Notes: generated from the letters alone by a model not told the origin. Positions 29,453 to 42,175 are shown, counted from the first letter of the stretch. The stretch: DNA of 64,000 bases from Pseudomonadota bacterium (GCA_021806605.1 JAJZQY010000001.1:16937-80936), one strand, 5' to 3'. Numbers and translations: made by a program.

Positions 29453-29582
29453 GAGTCCGGATCCTGTACTGGGGGAAATTATGCGGTCTTAATGCTCCGC
29501 TGTCCATCAGAAACGGCAAAAATGCGGTAAAATCGCTATCCATCAATCAGATTGCGTTCCTGGCTGCAAAGTTCAATACCCT

Positions 29583-30278
29583 ATGCTGAAATGGCTGGGA
29601 AAACATACTCCGTTCCCCCCTCTCGATACCGCGCTGCGCGAGCCTCGCGGGCTCCTGGCTGCGGGAGCGGATCTTTCCCCGGAGCGGCTGATCGATGCCT
29701 ACAGCCAGGGCATTTTTCCCTGGTTCAGCGAGGAAGACCCCATCCTGTGGTGGAGTCCGGATCCCCGCCTCGTGCTGTTCCCTGAAAACCTGAAGCTGTC
29801 GCGTTCGCTCAAAAAGGCGCTCCGGAAGGACTACGAAATCAGGGTCGATACCGCTTTCGAAGAAGTCATGAGAAAATGCGCAGAACCGAGGAAGGACGGG
29901 GCTGGCACCTGGATTTCGGAACAGATGATCGAGGCCTATTGCAGGCTGCACCAGATGGGATTTGCCCACAGCGTCGAAACCTGGATGGAAGGACAGCTCT
30001 CCGGAGGGCTGTACGGCATCGCCCTGGGACAGGTATTCTTTGGGGAGTCGATGTTCTCGAGAAAGACGGATGCTTCCAAGATCGCTTTCGTCCACCTCGT
30101 GTTGCAGCTGAAGCGATGGGGCTGCCGCATGATAGACTGCCAGGTGAAAACGCCCCATCTCGTCTCTCTGGGCGCAACTGAAATCCCTCGAAGCGAATTT
30201 GCCCTAAAATTGAAGGCATGGGCGGCTGGCCCCGCGATGACAGCAAAATGGCATTTCGATCATGACCTCATTGAGTGA
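29583..30278 (+). CDS. aat: Leucyl/phenylalanyl-tRNA--protein transferase
   Basis: [29 protein letters not shown]. Confidence 0.96.
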   Translation: MLKWLGKHTPFPPLDTALREPRGLLAAGADLSPERLIDAYSQGIFPWFSEEDPILWWSPDPRLVLFPENLKLSRSLKKALRKDYEIRVDTAFEEVMRKCAEPRKDGAGTWISEQMIEAYCRLHQMGFAHSVETWMEGQLSGGLYGIALGQVFFGESMFSRKTDASKIAFVHLVLQLKRWGCRMIDCQVKTPHLVSLGATEIPRSEFALKLKAWAAGPAMTAKWHFDHDLIE

Positions 30279-30978
30279 TCCAAAACAATACTATTTGACT
30301 GCAGAATATCCGTGCAGCTACCTTGAGGGTCGGCTCGCCCGCTCCGAGGTTGCGCCCCCTCATCACGCCAATGTCGACGGCGCCTTCGATGATCTGATCC
30401 TTTCGGGATTCCGCCGCAGCGGCCTTTTCGTTTATCGCCCCCGCTGCAGAGCCTGCAAATCCTGCATTGCGGTGCGCGTCGATGTCGCGGCCTTCGAACC
30501 CAACCGGGCTCAAAAAAGAAGCCTGAAGCGGCACGAAAATCTGGAGGCGATTCCCCGCGAACTCGCGTTCGATCCGGAGCATTTCGAGCTTTACCGGCGC
30601 TATCAGAACGCAAGGCATCCGGGCGGCGGCATGGACGAAGACAACCCGGAACAATACTGCCAATCCCTGCTGCAAAGTCAGGTCTCGACCATGCTCTACG
30701 AATTCAGGGAAAACGGGAAACTCGCTATGGTCAGCATCGTCGACGCAATCGATGACGGATTGTCTTCGGTCTATACATTCTTCGATCCAGACATCTCCGG
30801 TGCGAGCTTCGGCACTTACAATATACTGTGGCAGATCGCGTTGTGCAGAAGCATGCAGCGCCCTCACCTTTACTTGGGATACTGGATAGAACGAAGCAGG
30901 AAAATGGCCTACAAAATCAGTTTCAAGCCTCTCGAAGGCTACATCGACGGACAATGGCAGGCGATCGGACAGACATGA
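30262..30978 (+). CDS. bpt: Arginyl-tRNA transferase family / Asp-Glu leucyltransferase
   Basis: [33 protein letters not shown]. Confidence 0.9.
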   Translation: MTSLSDPKQYYLTAEYPCSYLEGRLARSEVAPPHHANVDGAFDDLILSGFRRSGLFVYRPRCRACKSCIAVRVDVAAFEPNRAQKRSLKRHENLEAIPRELAFDPEHFELYRRYQNARHPGGGMDEDNPEQYCQSLLQSQVSTMLYEFRENGKLAMVSIVDAIDDGLSSVYTFFDPDISGASFGTYNILWQIALCRSMQRPHLYLGYWIERSRKMAYKISFKPLEGYIDGQWQAIGQT

Positions 30979-31994
30979 TCTATTCCCTGGCCCGCCCCCT
31001 GCTCTTCATGCTCGATGCCGAGCGCGCCCACCATCTCTCGCTCGGCATGCTCGAATCCTTGAACGATTTCGGATTGATGCCGAATCCGGCATCCCGTCCT
31101 ACCAACCCGGTCGAAGTCATGGGACTGGAGTTTCGCAACCCTGTCGGACTTGCTGCCGGTCTCGACAAGAACGGCGACTACATCGATGCGCTCGCCAGCC
31201 TCGGATTCGGCTTCATCGAAATCGGCACGGTCACCCCCCGCCCGCAGCCGGGAAACCCGAAACCCAGGCTGTTCCGGCTGCCCGAATCCCGCGCGATCAT
31301 CAACCGGATGGGATTCAACAACGCAGGCGTCGACACTCTGCTCAGGAACGTCAAAAATGCGCGCTACAAGGGCATTCTGGGAATCAATATCGGCAAGAAC
31401 TTCGACACGCCGATCGAGTCCGCAGCGGAGGATTATCTCCATTGCCTGGAAAAGGTCTACCCCCACGCAAGCTATGTCGCCATCAACATTTCGTCGCCCA
31501 ATACCCAAAACCTGCGCCAGCTCCAGCAGGCGGACGAATTGAACAAGCTGCTTGCCTCCCTCAAGTCGAAGCAGGGAGAACTCGCTGCCAGATTTCACAA
31601 AAAGGTTCCGCTCGCAGTGAAAATCTCCCCCGATCTTGCGGACGAAGCAATTGACGAAATCGCCTCCCTCCTGCTGCGCCATGAAATCGAAGCGGTGATC
31701 GCCACCAACACCACGCTCTCCAGGGAGGGTGTACAAGGGAATGAACATGCCCTGGAAGCCGGGGGCTTGAGCGGAGCGCCCTTGAAACAGGCCTCCACCC
31801 GCGTGATCGGGCGATTGTCTGCGAAGCTCCAAGGAAAAATCCCCATCATCGGCGCAGGCGGCATCATGAATGCAGCGGACGCGAAGGAAAAAATGGATGC
31901 AGGCGCTTCCCTGATCCAGCTCTATTCCGGCCTCGTCTATCGGGGGCCGGGCCTTGTCGGCGAAATCATCGATGCCCTGGGAGAAAAATCTTGA
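30975..31994 (+). CDS. pyrD: Quinone-dependent dihydroorotate dehydrogenase
   Basis: [31 protein letters not shown]. Confidence 0.96.
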   Translation: MIYSLARPLLFMLDAERAHHLSLGMLESLNDFGLMPNPASRPTNPVEVMGLEFRNPVGLAAGLDKNGDYIDALASLGFGFIEIGTVTPRPQPGNPKPRLFRLPESRAIINRMGFNNAGVDTLLRNVKNARYKGILGINIGKNFDTPIESAAEDYLHCLEKVYPHASYVAINISSPNTQNLRQLQQADELNKLLASLKSKQGELAARFHKKVPLAVKISPDLADEAIDEIASLLLRHEIEAVIATNTTLSREGVQGNEHALEAGGLSGAPLKQASTRVIGRLSAKLQGKIPIIGAGGIMNAADAKEKMDAGASLIQLYSGLVYRGPGLVGEIIDALGEKS

Positions 31995-33064
31995 GAATCG
32001 GCGTGCCCAAGGAAATCAAGGATCACGAATTCAGGGTCAGCCTCACCCCCCACGGCGCCAGGGAACTCGTGAATGCCGGGCACCAGGTTCTCGTGGAAAA
32101 AGGGGCGGGAAGCGCGATCGGCTTTCCGGATTCGGAATACGAGAAGGCCGGCGCAATTGCGGTCGATTCGCCAGAGGAAGCCTTCGCGAGCGATCTGGTG
32201 CTGAAGGTGAAGGAACCCCAAGCGGCAGAATGCGCGATGATCAAGCCTGGAACCCTTCTTTTCGGCTACCTCCATCTCGCTTCCAGCCGCTCCCTCGCCG
32301 ATGCGCTCACCAAAGGCAATGTCACTGCCCTGGGCTATGAAACCGTGACGGACCATGCCAACAGACTGCCGCTTCTCGCCCCGATGTCGCAGATTGCAGG
32401 CAGGCTCGCCATCCAGGAGGGCGCCCGCGGGCTCACCCTGCCCCACGGCGGATGCGGCATCCTGCTCTCGGGCGCAACCGGGGTGCCGCCCGCCAAAGTC
32501 ATGGTGCTCGGCGCAGGAATGGTCGGCAGCAATGCTGCCAGGCTCGCCTCGGGCATGGGCGGGAACGTCACCGTTTTCGACATCCATTCCGATGCGCTCT
32601 CCCCGCTGGAGGCGATCGGAATCAAGACCTGCTACTCCAGCGCGGATGCAATCGACAACGCCTTGAAGGATGCGGACATCGTCGTCTGCGCCACATTGAT
32701 TCCGGGAAAGCATGCGCCCAAGCTGCTCTCCCTCGAAATGGTGAAGCACATGAAGCAGGGTTCGGTCATCGTGGACGTCTCGATAGACCAGGGAGGAAGC
32801 TCGGAAACATCCAGACCCACCACCCACTCCGCGCCTTTCTATGTCGAGGAAGGCGTGGTGCACTATTGCGTGACCAACATGCCGGCGCTGGCATCGAGGA
32901 CCGCGACCCTGGCGCTGACCCATGCCACGCTTCCCCATGTGCTGAAGATCGCGAACCTCGGACTCGATGCCGCACTCGAAGCCGATGCAGGCTTGAGAGG
33001 CGGGCTGCAAATCAGGGACGGGCGCATCGTTCACCCCGCGGTCGCAGAAGCCTGCAAGTTATAA
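31991..33064 (+). CDS. ald: Alanine dehydrogenase
   Basis: [41 protein letters not shown] start. Confidence 0.93.
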   Translation: MRIGVPKEIKDHEFRVSLTPHGARELVNAGHQVLVEKGAGSAIGFPDSEYEKAGAIAVDSPEEAFASDLVLKVKEPQAAECAMIKPGTLLFGYLHLASSRSLADALTKGNVTALGYETVTDHANRLPLLAPMSQIAGRLAIQEGARGLTLPHGGCGILLSGATGVPPAKVMVLGAGMVGSNAARLASGMGGNVTVFDIHSDALSPLEAIGIKTCYSSADAIDNALKDADIVVCATLIPGKHAPKLLSLEMVKHMKQGSVIVDVSIDQGGSSETSRPTTHSAPFYVEEGVVHYCVTNMPALASRTATLALTHATLPHVLKIANLGLDAALEADAGLRGGLQIRDGRIVHPAVAEACKL

Positions 33065-33166
33065 CCAGAATTCATATACATATCGCCCCAATATGGTTGA
33101 TTGACGCAGATGAAACAGGGATAATCAGCCGGAAATCATAAGGTTTTGCACTATTTTCAAGGTTAA

Positions 33167-33742
33167 ATGGAAAGTTATCTTCTCATTCTGATCAGCACGG
33201 TATTCGTGAACAATATCGTCCTCGTCAAGATTCTCGGCCTCTGCCCTTTCATGGGCGTATCCAAGAAGCTGGAGGCCGCGATCGGCATGGGGGCGGCGAC
33301 GACTTTCGTGCTCACACTGGGAAGCGGAAGCAGCTATCTGATCGCCAAATACCTGCTCGGGCCCGATCTTGGCTACCTGACCACGATTTCATTCATCGTT
33401 GTCATCGCGGGCATCGTCCAGTTCACGGAAATGGTGGTGAAGAAGGTCAGCCCCGTCCTGTACCAGGTGCTGGGCATCTACCTTCCCCTCATCACGACGA
33501 ATTGCGCCGTTCTCGGGATTCCCCTGCTGAATCTGCAGCAGAACCACAACTTCATGCAATCGCTTCTGTTCGGCATGGGTGGGGCGGTCGGCTTTTCGAT
33601 GGTTCTGATTCTTTTTGCTGCAATGCGGGAAAGGCTGGAAGCCGCAGACATCCCCGCGCCTTTCAGGGGGTCGTCCATCGCGATGGTCACCGCCGGACTC
33701 ATGAGCATGGCTTTCATGGGATTTTCCGGACTCGTCAAGTGA
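33167..33742 (+). CDS. rsxA: Rnf/Rsx electron transport subunit A
   Basis: [22 protein letters not shown]. Confidence 0.95.
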   Translation: MESYLLILISTVFVNNIVLVKILGLCPFMGVSKKLEAAIGMGAATTFVLTLGSGSSYLIAKYLLGPDLGYLTTISFIVVIAGIVQFTEMVVKKVSPVLYQVLGIYLPLITTNCAVLGIPLLNLQQNHNFMQSLLFGMGGAVGFSMVLILFAAMRERLEAADIPAPFRGSSIAMVTAGLMSMAFMGFSGLVK

Positions 33743-33749
33743 AGCCGGC

Positions 33750-34298
33750 ATGCTAGATGCGATTATCGTCATGTCGGGACTCGCCCTGTTTCTCGGCGGC
33801 GTGCTGGGCTATGCCTCGATCAGATTCCATGTCCAGGGCAATGCGCTGGTCGAGAAGATCGATGCCATCCTGCCGCAAACCCAATGCGCCCAGTGCGGCT
33901 TTCCCGGCTGCCGTCCGTATGCCGAAGCGATCGCCGAAGGACGCGCCGACATCAACCAGTGCCCGCCCGGCGGAGACGCGAACATCCACAAGCTCGCCGA
34001 CCTGCTCGGCGTCGAGTTCAAGTCCCTCAATGCAAGCCACGGCGAACCGAAACCCAAATCCGTCGCCTTCATCGACGAATCCACCTGCATCGGCTGCACC
34101 CTTTGCCTGCAGGCCTGCCCTGTCGACGCGATTTGCGGCGCTCCCAAGCAGATGCACACCATCATTGCCCAGGAATGCACGGGCTGCGAGCTTTGCATCG
34201 CGCCTTGCCCGGTCGACTGCATTTTCATGGTCCCCATTCAGGAAAACATCTCGAACTGGAAATGGAAGCAGCCCGCCTACCTGAAAGGGGCGGCATGA
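33750..34298 (+). CDS. rsxB: Rnf/Rsx subunit B (ferredoxin)
   Basis: [14 protein letters not shown], two CxxCxxCxxxCP motifs. Confidence 0.95.
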   Translation: MLDAIIVMSGLALFLGGVLGYASIRFHVQGNALVEKIDAILPQTQCAQCGFPGCRPYAEAIAEGRADINQCPPGGDANIHKLADLLGVEFKSLNASHGEPKPKSVAFIDESTCIGCTLCLQACPVDAICGAPKQMHTIIAQECTGCELCIAPCPVDCIFMVPIQENISNWKWKQPAYLKGAA

Positions 34299-35749
34299 GA
34301 GCCCTTCATCATTTCAACGGCGGCGTCCATCCCCCTGAACACAAGGGCGAATCGACCCTGCGGCCGATCCAGCAGCCCCCGCTTCCTGACAAGCTGGTGA
34401 TTCCGCTGCACCAGCATATCGGGAACAGCGCGAAGCCCCTGGTCGATGCCGGAGACACCGTCCTCAAGGGGCAGATGATCGGAAAGGCGGAAGGCTACGT
34501 TTCGGGCGCAATCCATGCGCCGACCTCTGGCAAAATTCTCTCGGTCGGTCATGAAGCCGTCCCCCACCCTTCAGGCCTCAAGGATCTCTGCATCGTCCTG
34601 GAGCCTGACGGCCTTGAATCCTGGATCGACCTGCAGCCGATCGACCATCTGAACATGGACCCGAGCACGCTCAGAAACCGCTTGCGGGATGCCGGCGTGG
34701 TGGGCCTTGGCGGGGCCGTTTTCCCCAGCTTCATCAAGCTCAATCCGGGCACTGGCAAAAGAATCAGAACCCTGGTCCTGAACGGAGCGGAATGCGAACC
34801 CTACATCACCTGCGACGACATGCTGATGCGGGAACGCGCTCGCGAAATCATCGAAGGCGCAGCCATCATGCGCCATATGCTGCATGCCGAAGAAGTGATG
34901 ATCGGAATAGAGGACAACAAGCCCCAGGCGATTTCAGCGATGCGGGAAGCTGCAGGGCAATCCATGGAAGTGGTCGCCGTTCCCACGATCTACCCGGGAG
35001 GCGGGGCAAAGCAGTTGATCCGGGTGCTCACCGGAATCGAAGTCCCGGCGGGCGAGCGCTCGACCGATCTTGGGGTGCAATGCTTCAATGTCGCCACGGC
35101 CGCATCCGTCTATAGGGCCATCCGATATGGCGAACCGGTATTGTCGCGCATCGTGACGGTCACAGGAAACGTGAAAAACCCCGGCAACTTCGAAGCCCTG
35201 GTCGGAACCCAAATGGCCCACCTGATCGACCAGGCTGGCCCCCTGGAGGGGAGCGCCGGCGCCATCATGGGCGGCCCGATGATGGGTTTCGATTTGCCTT
35301 CGACCGCCGTTCCTGTGGTCAAGGCAACCAACTGCATCATCGTGAAATCGGATGCGCTGTTTCCGGAAAAGCCGCAGCCCATGCCCTGCATACGCTGCGC
35401 CAGATGCGCGGAGAGCTGCCCGGCCGACCTGCAGCCCCAGGAACTCTACTGGTTCGCCAAGGCCGGAAATTTCGGCAAGGCGCAGGAATATGCCCTGTTC
35501 GACTGCATCGAATGCGGCTGCTGCACCTATGTCTGCCCGAGCCACATCCCGCTCGTCCAGTTCTACCGCTATGCCAAAAGCGAGATCTGGGCGCAGGAGC
35601 GTGAAAAGAAGGCTGCCGACCTCGCAAGAATCCGCCACGACCTGAGGCTGGAGCGGATCGAGCGGGAAAAACGCGAAAAAGCCGAGCGCCTTGCCCAGAA
35701 ATCCGCACAGGCGAAAACCGTAGAGCATTCCCAACCAGAGCAAAAATGA
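34295..35749 (+). CDS. rsxC: Rnf/Rsx subunit C
   Basis: [27 protein letters not shown], two 4Fe-4S motifs; start ATG 34295. Confidence 0.95.
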   Translation: MRALHHFNGGVHPPEHKGESTLRPIQQPPLPDKLVIPLHQHIGNSAKPLVDAGDTVLKGQMIGKAEGYVSGAIHAPTSGKILSVGHEAVPHPSGLKDLCIVLEPDGLESWIDLQPIDHLNMDPSTLRNRLRDAGVVGLGGAVFPSFIKLNPGTGKRIRTLVLNGAECEPYITCDDMLMRERAREIIEGAAIMRHMLHAEEVMIGIEDNKPQAISAMREAAGQSMEVVAVPTIYPGGGAKQLIRVLTGIEVPAGERSTDLGVQCFNVATAASVYRAIRYGEPVLSRIVTVTGNVKNPGNFEALVGTQMAHLIDQAGPLEGSAGAIMGGPMMGFDLPSTAVPVVKATNCIIVKSDALFPEKPQPMPCIRCARCAESCPADLQPQELYWFAKAGNFGKAQEYALFDCIECGCCTYVCPSHIPLVQFYRYAKSEIWAQEREKKAADLARIRHDLRLERIEREKREKAERLAQKSAQAKTVEHSQPEQK

Positions 35750-36762
35750 ACTCACCCTACCTCGCACAATCATCAAGCGTCGCCCAGATCATGGTCAAGG
35801 TGCTGCTCGCCCTGATTCCGGCTGTCGCGGCCTACGTCTGGTTCTTCGGCCCTGCCATTCTGGTGACGATGGCGCTGGCAAGCGCAACCGCGCTCGCACT
35901 CGAAGCCGTCATGCTCAAGCTCAGGAAAAAACCGATCAAACCTTACCTGCTCGACGGCAGCGCGCTCCTGACGGCATGGCTGCTCGCCCTCTCGATTCCG
36001 CCCATGGGCCCCTGGTGGCTGATCGTGACCGGCACCGCTTTCGCCATCGTGATCGCGAAGCATCTGTACGGGGGGCTGGGAAGCAATCCCTTCAATCCCG
36101 CCATGGTGGGCTATGCCGTGCTGATCATTTCCTTCCCGGTGCAGATGACGCAATGGCTCGCTCCGTTGTCCATCGCCTCATCCCATCTCGATTTCATGTC
36201 CCAGCTCGGCTACATGTTCTTCCATGCCCTGCCGCAAGGCAGTCAGCTCGATGCCTTCACTTCGGCAACGCCGCTGGATACCCTGAAAACGCAACTGCAT
36301 CTCGACAAGCCGATGGCTGCGATCATGAGCATGCCCGTTTACGGCGCAATCGGGGGGACGGGCGGGCAATGGGTAGCTGCCGCCTATCTTGCCGGGGGGC
36401 TCTATCTCCTGCAGCAGAAAATCATCAGCTGGCATGTACCCGCTGCCTTCATTGCGACGATTTTCGTCGTATCCGGGTCATTCCACCTGATCGATCCTGC
36501 GCATCACGCCTCTCCCTGGTTCGAGCTTGCAACCGGGGCCACCATGATCTGCGCATTTTTCATCCTGACCGATCCCGTCACGGGGCCCACCACGCCCAGA
36601 GGCAAGCTGATCTTCGCTTCAGGCGCCGGATTTCTGACTTTCGCCATCCGCACCTATGGCGGCTATCCTGACGGCGTCGCTTTTGCAGTGTTGCTGATGA
36701 ACATCTGCGTGCCCCTGATCGACGCCTACACCCAGCCTGCCGTATTCGGGAAAAAGAAATGA
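35746..36762 (+). CDS. rsxD: Rnf/Rsx subunit D
   Basis: YGGLGSNPFNPA, SATPL FMN site, TDPVT, YPDGVAFA. Confidence 0.95.
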   Translation: MNSPYLAQSSSVAQIMVKVLLALIPAVAAYVWFFGPAILVTMALASATALALEAVMLKLRKKPIKPYLLDGSALLTAWLLALSIPPMGPWWLIVTGTAFAIVIAKHLYGGLGSNPFNPAMVGYAVLIISFPVQMTQWLAPLSIASSHLDFMSQLGYMFFHALPQGSQLDAFTSATPLDTLKTQLHLDKPMAAIMSMPVYGAIGGTGGQWVAAAYLAGGLYLLQQKIISWHVPAAFIATIFVVSGSFHLIDPAHHASPWFELATGATMICAFFILTDPVTGPTTPRGKLIFASGAGFLTFAIRTYGGYPDGVAFAVLLMNICVPLIDAYTQPAVFGKKK

Positions 36763-37394
36763 AGCGCGGCCTGTTCCAAACTTCGTTCCGGACTTCGCTC
36801 ATCATGCTCGCCTTCGTCGTCCTGGTGACGGCCGTGCTCGCATTGACCTACGACAAGACGCACGAATTGATCGCCAAAAGCGAAGCTGAGGAAAAGCTCG
36901 CCCTGATCAATCAGGTTTTCCCTCCCGGCATTTCGGACAACGACATCATTCATGATACGATAGAAATCGCACCGAACGAGCTGCTCGGCAATACCTCCCC
37001 TGTCACTGCCTATCGTGCGAGGCTCAAGGGAAAGCCGGCCGCGGTCATGATCGAGGCGACGGCCCCTGACGGCTATAGCGGGAAGATCACACTCCTCATC
37101 GCGATTCTGGCGAACGGCGAGATTTCGGGCGTGCGCGTCATCAGCCATAACGAGACGCCTGGTCTGGGCGACTACATCGACATCGCCAAGAGTCCTTGGA
37201 TCAGGATTTTCGACCATGTTTCGCTCGATTCCGTCCCGGATGCGGCCTGGCATGTCAAAAAGGACGGGGGGAAATTCGACTACATGACAGGGGCTACCAT
37301 CACCCCCAGAGCTGTGGTCAAGGCGGTGCACAAGGCGCTGGAATATTTCGCCCAAAACAGGGCGAGCCTTTTCGAAGAAAGGACAGGCAAATGA
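36759..37394 (+). CDS. rsxG: Rnf/Rsx subunit G
   Basis: APDGYSG, ETPGLG, TGATIT FMN site. Confidence 0.95.
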   Translation: MKRGLFQTSFRTSLIMLAFVVLVTAVLALTYDKTHELIAKSEAEEKLALINQVFPPGISDNDIIHDTIEIAPNELLGNTSPVTAYRARLKGKPAAVMIEATAPDGYSGKITLLIAILANGEISGVRVISHNETPGLGDYIDIAKSPWIRIFDHVSLDSVPDAAWHVKKDGGKFDYMTGATITPRAVVKAVHKALEYFAQNRASLFEERTGK

Positions 37395-38071
37395 GTGAAG
37401 TCAGCTATGGCGAAATCGCCAAGAACGGGCTATGGAAACAGAACACGGGCGTGGTCCAGCTCCTCGGCATGTGCCCGCTCCTCGCGGTCAGCAGCTCCGT
37501 GGTGAACGGCGTCAGTCTGGGCCTTGCCACCGCAATCGTCATGTCGCTCAGCAACCTGGCCGTCTCGCTGATCAGGAATCTGGTGCCGAGCGAAATCAGG
37601 ATTCCAGTCTTCATTTTGATCATCGCATCCCTGGTGACCATGATCCAGCTGACCATGAAGGCCTATCTGCACCCGCTCTATCTCGTGCTCGGCATTTTCG
37701 TGCCCCTGATCGTCACCAATTGCATCGTTCTGGCAAGGACCGAGGCTTTCGCCTCGAAACAGCAAATGCTGCCCTCCCTCTTTGACGGACTGATGATGGG
37801 TTTCGGCCTGACGCTGGTTCTTGCGCTTCTGGGGGGAATGCGCGAACTGTTCGGCAAGGGAACGCTCTTTTCGGGAATCGATCTCGTATTCGGCGAATCG
37901 GCCAAGACCTACGTCATCACGGTGATCCCGAACTACCACGGCTTCCTGCTCGCCATCCTGCCCCCGGGCGCATTCATTGGCCTGGGCATGCTGATCGCCC
38001 TCAAGAATCACCTGGACAGCCGCGCCGCATCGAGAGCTGTCGTGGCGCAACACCTGCTCCAGGGTGCATGA
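37391..38071 (+). CDS. rsxE: Rnf/Rsx subunit E
   Basis: LLGMCPLLAV, PLIVTNC, LPPGAF; start ATG 37391. Confidence 0.95.
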   Translation: MSEVSYGEIAKNGLWKQNTGVVQLLGMCPLLAVSSSVVNGVSLGLATAIVMSLSNLAVSLIRNLVPSEIRIPVFILIIASLVTMIQLTMKAYLHPLYLVLGIFVPLIVTNCIVLARTEAFASKQQMLPSLFDGLMMGFGLTLVLALLGGMRELFGKGTLFSGIDLVFGESAKTYVITVIPNYHGFLLAILPPGAFIGLGMLIALKNHLDSRAASRAVVAQHLLQGA

Positions 38072-38700
38072 ATCAAGGTGCTTTGCGGGAGATATTCGAG
38101 CGCTTCAAGGCTGCCAACCCGCATCCTACGACCGAGCTCGAGCACCGTTCTCCGTTCGAGCTTCTGATCGCCGTCATCCTCTCGGCCCAGGCTACCGACA
38201 AGGGCGTGAACCTTGCGACGAGAGGCCTTTTCGCGGCAGCGGACACGCCCGAGAAAATGCTCGAACTGGGACTCGAAGGCCTCAGGCAACACATTAAAAC
38301 GATAGGTCTCTATCAGACCAAGTCGCGGCATATCATCGAAACCTGCAGAAGGCTTGTCGAGCACCATCACGGGAAAGTTCCCAGAACGAGGGAGGCGCTC
38401 GAAGCATTGCCCGGCGTGGGCCGGAAAACCGCGAACGTTATCCTCAACACCGCCTTCCATGAACCTGTCATCGCAGTCGATACGCATATTTTCAGGGTCT
38501 CCAACCGCACGGGGATCGCTCCGGGAAAAAACGTGCTCGAAGTCGAACAGGCGCTGATGCGGGCAGTGCCCAAGCCCTTCAGGCAGGATGCCCATCATTG
38601 GCTGATCCTGCATGGCCGCTATGTCTGCAAGGCCAGAAAGCCGGATTGCCCTGCCTGCCTGATCCGGGATCTTTGCGAATTTCAGGGAAAAGCTGTCTGA
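38068..38700 (+). CDS. nth: Endonuclease III
   Basis: LSAQATD, HhH LPGVGRKTA, VDTH, C-terminal 4Fe-4S cysteines. Confidence 0.97.
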   Translation: MNQGALREIFERFKAANPHPTTELEHRSPFELLIAVILSAQATDKGVNLATRGLFAAADTPEKMLELGLEGLRQHIKTIGLYQTKSRHIIETCRRLVEHHHGKVPRTREALEALPGVGRKTANVILNTAFHEPVIAVDTHIFRVSNRTGIAPGKNVLEVEQALMRAVPKPFRQDAHHWLILHGRYVCKARKPDCPACLIRDLCEFQGKAV

Positions 38701-38701
38701 C

Positions 38702-39112
38702 ATGTTCAACCCGACGCGCGAAGAAGTCAGGCAGTTTTTTTGCGAAACCTGGCGCAAGCACAGGGAAAACACCCTGATGAGTCCGCTCGAGACCATGGCG
38801 CTGGACGCCATCCTGGCTCATCCCGAATATCACGCTGCGCTCGAAGACCCGGAGCTTTCCGAGACCCTGGAGCAAAATCCGTTTTTGCACCTCAGCCTGC
38901 ATCTCGCAGTAGCGGAACAGCTTTCGATAAACCAGCCTTTCGGCATCAAGGAACGCTATGAAAGGGTGCTCGCCAAGGCCGCATCGCGGCACGACGCCCT
39001 GCACCGCGTCATGGAATGCCTGGGCGAGATGATCTGGCATTCCCAAAGACACAACACGCCGCCTGATCAGGCGATTTATTTCGAATGCATGGACAGGCAG
39101 CTACCCAGATGA
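38702..39112 (+). CDS. DUF1841 family protein
   Basis: MFNPTREEVRQFF, HPEYH, NPFLHLSLHL; usual position after nth. Confidence 0.85.
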   Translation: MFNPTREEVRQFFCETWRKHRENTLMSPLETMALDAILAHPEYHAALEDPELSETLEQNPFLHLSLHLAVAEQLSINQPFGIKERYERVLAKAASRHDALHRVMECLGEMIWHSQRHNTPPDQAIYFECMDRQLPR

Positions 39113-39918
39113 CATCCAGGGAATTCACCTTCACTCAGCAGGATTTCGACCGCGTTCGCGCATTGATCCATGAGCATGCCGGGATTTCCCTCAATCAAAG
39201 CAAGCAGGAAATGGTCTACAGCCGCCTCGCGAAACGCCTGCGAGCAAACAGGCTCACTGCCTTTTCAGACTATATCGCCCTGCTCGAGCGCGGAAACAGC
39301 AGCGAGCGGGAAGCTTTCATCAATTCGCTCACCACGAACCTGACTTTTTTCTTCAGGGAGGAGCACCATTTTCCCATTCTGGCCGAACATGTGAAATCCA
39401 GGAAGCCGCCGATTTCCCTCTGGTGCGCTGCCAGCTCGACCGGAGAAGAAGCGTATTCGATGGCGATGACCATGGCCGATCTGTACGATACGATGCGTCC
39501 GCCGGTCAGCATCCTCGCGAGCGATGTCGACACTTCCGTGCTGGAGAAAGCCAGAACCGGCATTTACAGCGCCGCCCAACTGGAGAAGCTATCCCAGGAG
39601 AAATTGAGGAAGTATTTCATTCAGGAATCCGACGGACAGGCGAGAATACGTCCCGAGATCAGGGAAATGGTCACCTTCAGGCAAATCAACCTGCTGGATG
39701 AGAGATGGGCCATCCAAGGGCCATTCGATGCAATTTTTTGCCGCAATGTCATGATTTATTTCGACAAGCACACCCAGGAGCGCATTCTCCGGAAATTCGC
39801 CCCATTGCTGCGTCAGGACGGCCTGCTGTTCGCCGGCCATTCCGAAAGCTTCCATCATGTCGCTGGTCTGTTCAGGCTGCGGGGAAAAACCGTCTATGAA
39901 CTCGCAAATCAAATCTGA
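39109..39918 (+). CDS. cheR: Chemotaxis methyltransferase CheR
   Basis: [32 protein letters not shown]. Confidence 0.93.
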   Translation: MTSREFTFTQQDFDRVRALIHEHAGISLNQSKQEMVYSRLAKRLRANRLTAFSDYIALLERGNSSEREAFINSLTTNLTFFFREEHHFPILAEHVKSRKPPISLWCAASSTGEEAYSMAMTMADLYDTMRPPVSILASDVDTSVLEKARTGIYSAAQLEKLSQEKLRKYFIQESDGQARIRPEIREMVTFRQINLLDERWAIQGPFDAIFCRNVMIYFDKHTQERILRKFAPLLRQDGLLFAGHSESFHHVAGLFRLRGKTVYELANQI

Positions 39919-40564
39919 TGCTGCAGTTGCGCAACCCAGTCTGTCTGCGGACAGCATACTGCCACTGAACATCCACCCGATGGCCTCAACCGAAAAGCTC
40001 GTCTTCGTCGGCGCATCGACCGGAGGCACCGAAGCGATCAAAACCTTTCTCCTCGGCCTGCCCGATAATTGCCCGGGCATACTGATTTCCCAGCACATGC
40101 CGGAAGCCTTCACCAAGCCTTTCGCAGAGCGGCTGGACGGTCTTTGCAAGGTTCGGGTCAAGGAGGCGGTGGATGGCGAGAGAATCCTGCCGGGTCATGC
40201 GTATGTGGCGCCCGGGCATTCCCACCTGCTGCTGAAACGCACCGGCTCGTACTATGTGACCGAGCTCAGCCAGGGCCCTCCGGTGAACAGGCACCGCCCT
40301 TCGGTGGACGTGCTTTTCCGCTCTGCAGCGAACGTGGCCGGGAAAAACGCAGTCGGAGTGATCCTTACCGGCATGGGGAAGGACGGCGCATCCTGCATGC
40401 TCGAAATGAAGCAGGCCGGCGCCTACAATTTCGCGCAGAGCGAAGCGAGCTGCGTGGTTTTCGGCATGCCCAGGGAAGCCATTGCACTGGGGGGAGTGGA
40501 CGAAATCGTCGCCATCGATGACATGGCGCGGCGCGTCATGCAGCATCTGGAAAACAGGCCGTGA
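39896..40564 (+). CDS. cheB: CheB methylesterase catalytic domain without receiver domain
   Basis: [32 protein letters not shown]; no REC domain upstream. Confidence 0.85.
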   Translation: MNSQIKSDAAVAQPSLSADSILPLNIHPMASTEKLVFVGASTGGTEAIKTFLLGLPDNCPGILISQHMPEAFTKPFAERLDGLCKVRVKEAVDGERILPGHAYVAPGHSHLLLKRTGSYYVTELSQGPPVNRHRPSVDVLFRSAANVAGKNAVGVILTGMGKDGASCMLEMKQAGAYNFAQSEASCVVFGMPREAIALGGVDEIVAIDDMARRVMQHLENRP

Positions 40565-41391
40565 CGGAAAGGCATTACGAAAATTTTCCGGTCGCATCCA
40601 TCGCCCTGCCGAAATCGATGCGAAAGCCGGTGGGCCTGATCTATGCCTTCGCAAGACAGGCGGACGACTTCGCCGACGAAGGCGAGCGGAGTCGTGAGGA
40701 AAGGACCGCCCTCCTGAACGGATTTCGCCGCGAACTCGAAAGAATCCGGAACCGGCAGGAACCCGAAACCGCGCTTTTCGCAGCGCTCTCCGCCGTCATC
40801 GGCCAATACGGACTGCCCCTGCAGCTCTTCCATGATCTCCTGGATGCTTTCACTCAGGACATCGGCAAGAAGCGCTATGAAAACTTCACCGAACTCGTCA
40901 GCTACTGCGAAAAGTCTGCGAATCCGGTGGGACGCCTGCTTCTGATCCTTTACGGAGTCGACTCGGAGAGAAACAGGTTTTATTCGGACAAGATATGCTC
41001 CAGCCTGCAACTGATCAATTTCCTGCAGGACGTCGGCATCGATTATGCCATGGGCAGAATCTACCTGCCGCAGGACGAGATGATGCGATTCGGCATTTCG
41101 GAGCATGACATCGCCTCAAAGCATGCCGGTCAGACCTGGCAGGCACTCATGGCATTTCAGGCGGATCGCGCTAGGCAAATGATGCTGGAAGGCGCGCCTC
41201 TTGCCAAAGCGATGAAGGGCAGATTCTCTCTGGAAATGAAATTGATCGTGCTGGGCGGGCTTGCGATTCTGGACAAAATGGAAAAAGCCAGATGGGACGT
41301 TTTTCGCAATCGCCCGAGGCTCGAACGCCGCGACTGGCTGCAGCTTGCGCCGCGTGCGCTTTTTTCCGGATCGATCTTCGATGGAAAGTAG
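40561..41391 (+). CDS. hpnC: Squalene synthase HpnC
   Basis: [40 protein letters not shown]. Confidence 0.92.
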   Translation: MTERHYENFPVASIALPKSMRKPVGLIYAFARQADDFADEGERSREERTALLNGFRRELERIRNRQEPETALFAALSAVIGQYGLPLQLFHDLLDAFTQDIGKKRYENFTELVSYCEKSANPVGRLLLILYGVDSERNRFYSDKICSSLQLINFLQDVGIDYAMGRIYLPQDEMMRFGISEHDIASKHAGQTWQALMAFQADRARQMMLEGAPLAKAMKGRFSLEMKLIVLGGLAILDKMEKARWDVFRNRPRLERRDWLQLAPRALFSGSIFDGK

Positions 41392-42175
41392 CCGGATTCG
41401 AAATCTTCATCTCGAATCCGAACTGTTTTTTCCGATTCATCCCTTGTGCGAGCGCCTATCCGGAAAAAACTGGCCAGGTTGCGAAGCGCTGAATCGCCTT
41501 GCCGGTCCACTCCATAACGCGAACGGCTTGCCTGTGCAATTCGTCGAAGATTGCGGCGACCCCTTGGGATACGAGAGGCGAATTTATCTCCGGGGAGAAG
41601 TGGAGACGAGAGCGCATTCCTGGCACGACCTCTTCAATGCCCTGGTATGGATGACGTTTCCGAAAGCGAAATCCCGCCTCAATCTGCTTCATTTCGAGGA
41701 AATCTGCAATCAGCCCGACAAAAGGCGCAGCAGAATGCGGGACATCGCAACGCTTTTCGACGAGTCAGGCGTCATCATCGCATCGAGCAGCGAAACCCTA
41801 TCTGGCATGCTCAAAGCCTTCGAATGGAAATGCCTGTTCTGGGAGAACAGGGCAAAGGTCATCGATGAGATGCGCTGTTATATTTTCGGCCACGGCCTGT
41901 ACGAAAAGGGACTCTCCCCCTTCATCGGCCTTACCGGCCACGCCATCCTGTTTCCCGTCGACAAGTCTTTCTTCGGATGGCCGATCAGGAAGCAGCTCGC
42001 ACATCTGGATGAGCGATTCGAGAGCCAGTTTTCTGAAATCGCTTCAACCCGAGATTTCTCTCCACTTCCTCTGCTCGGCGTCCCGGGCTGGGCCGCGGAA
42101 AACGAAAACGCGGCCTATTACGACAACGAAAGCTATTTCCGAAGAGGCCGCACTCTCAGGAATGCTTCGGATTGA
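41381..42175 (+). CDS. DUF3025 family protein
   Basis: YERRIY, WHDLFNALVW, TLFDE, FGHGLYEK, PLPLLGVPGW. Confidence 0.85.
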   Translation: MESSRIRNLHLESELFFPIHPLCERLSGKNWPGCEALNRLAGPLHNANGLPVQFVEDCGDPLGYERRIYLRGEVETRAHSWHDLFNALVWMTFPKAKSRLNLLHFEEICNQPDKRRSRMRDIATLFDESGVIIASSSETLSGMLKAFEWKCLFWENRAKVIDEMRCYIFGHGLYEKGLSPFIGLTGHAILFPVDKSFFGWPIRKQLAHLDERFESQFSEIASTRDFSPLPLLGVPGWAAENENAAYYDNESYFRRGRTLRNASD

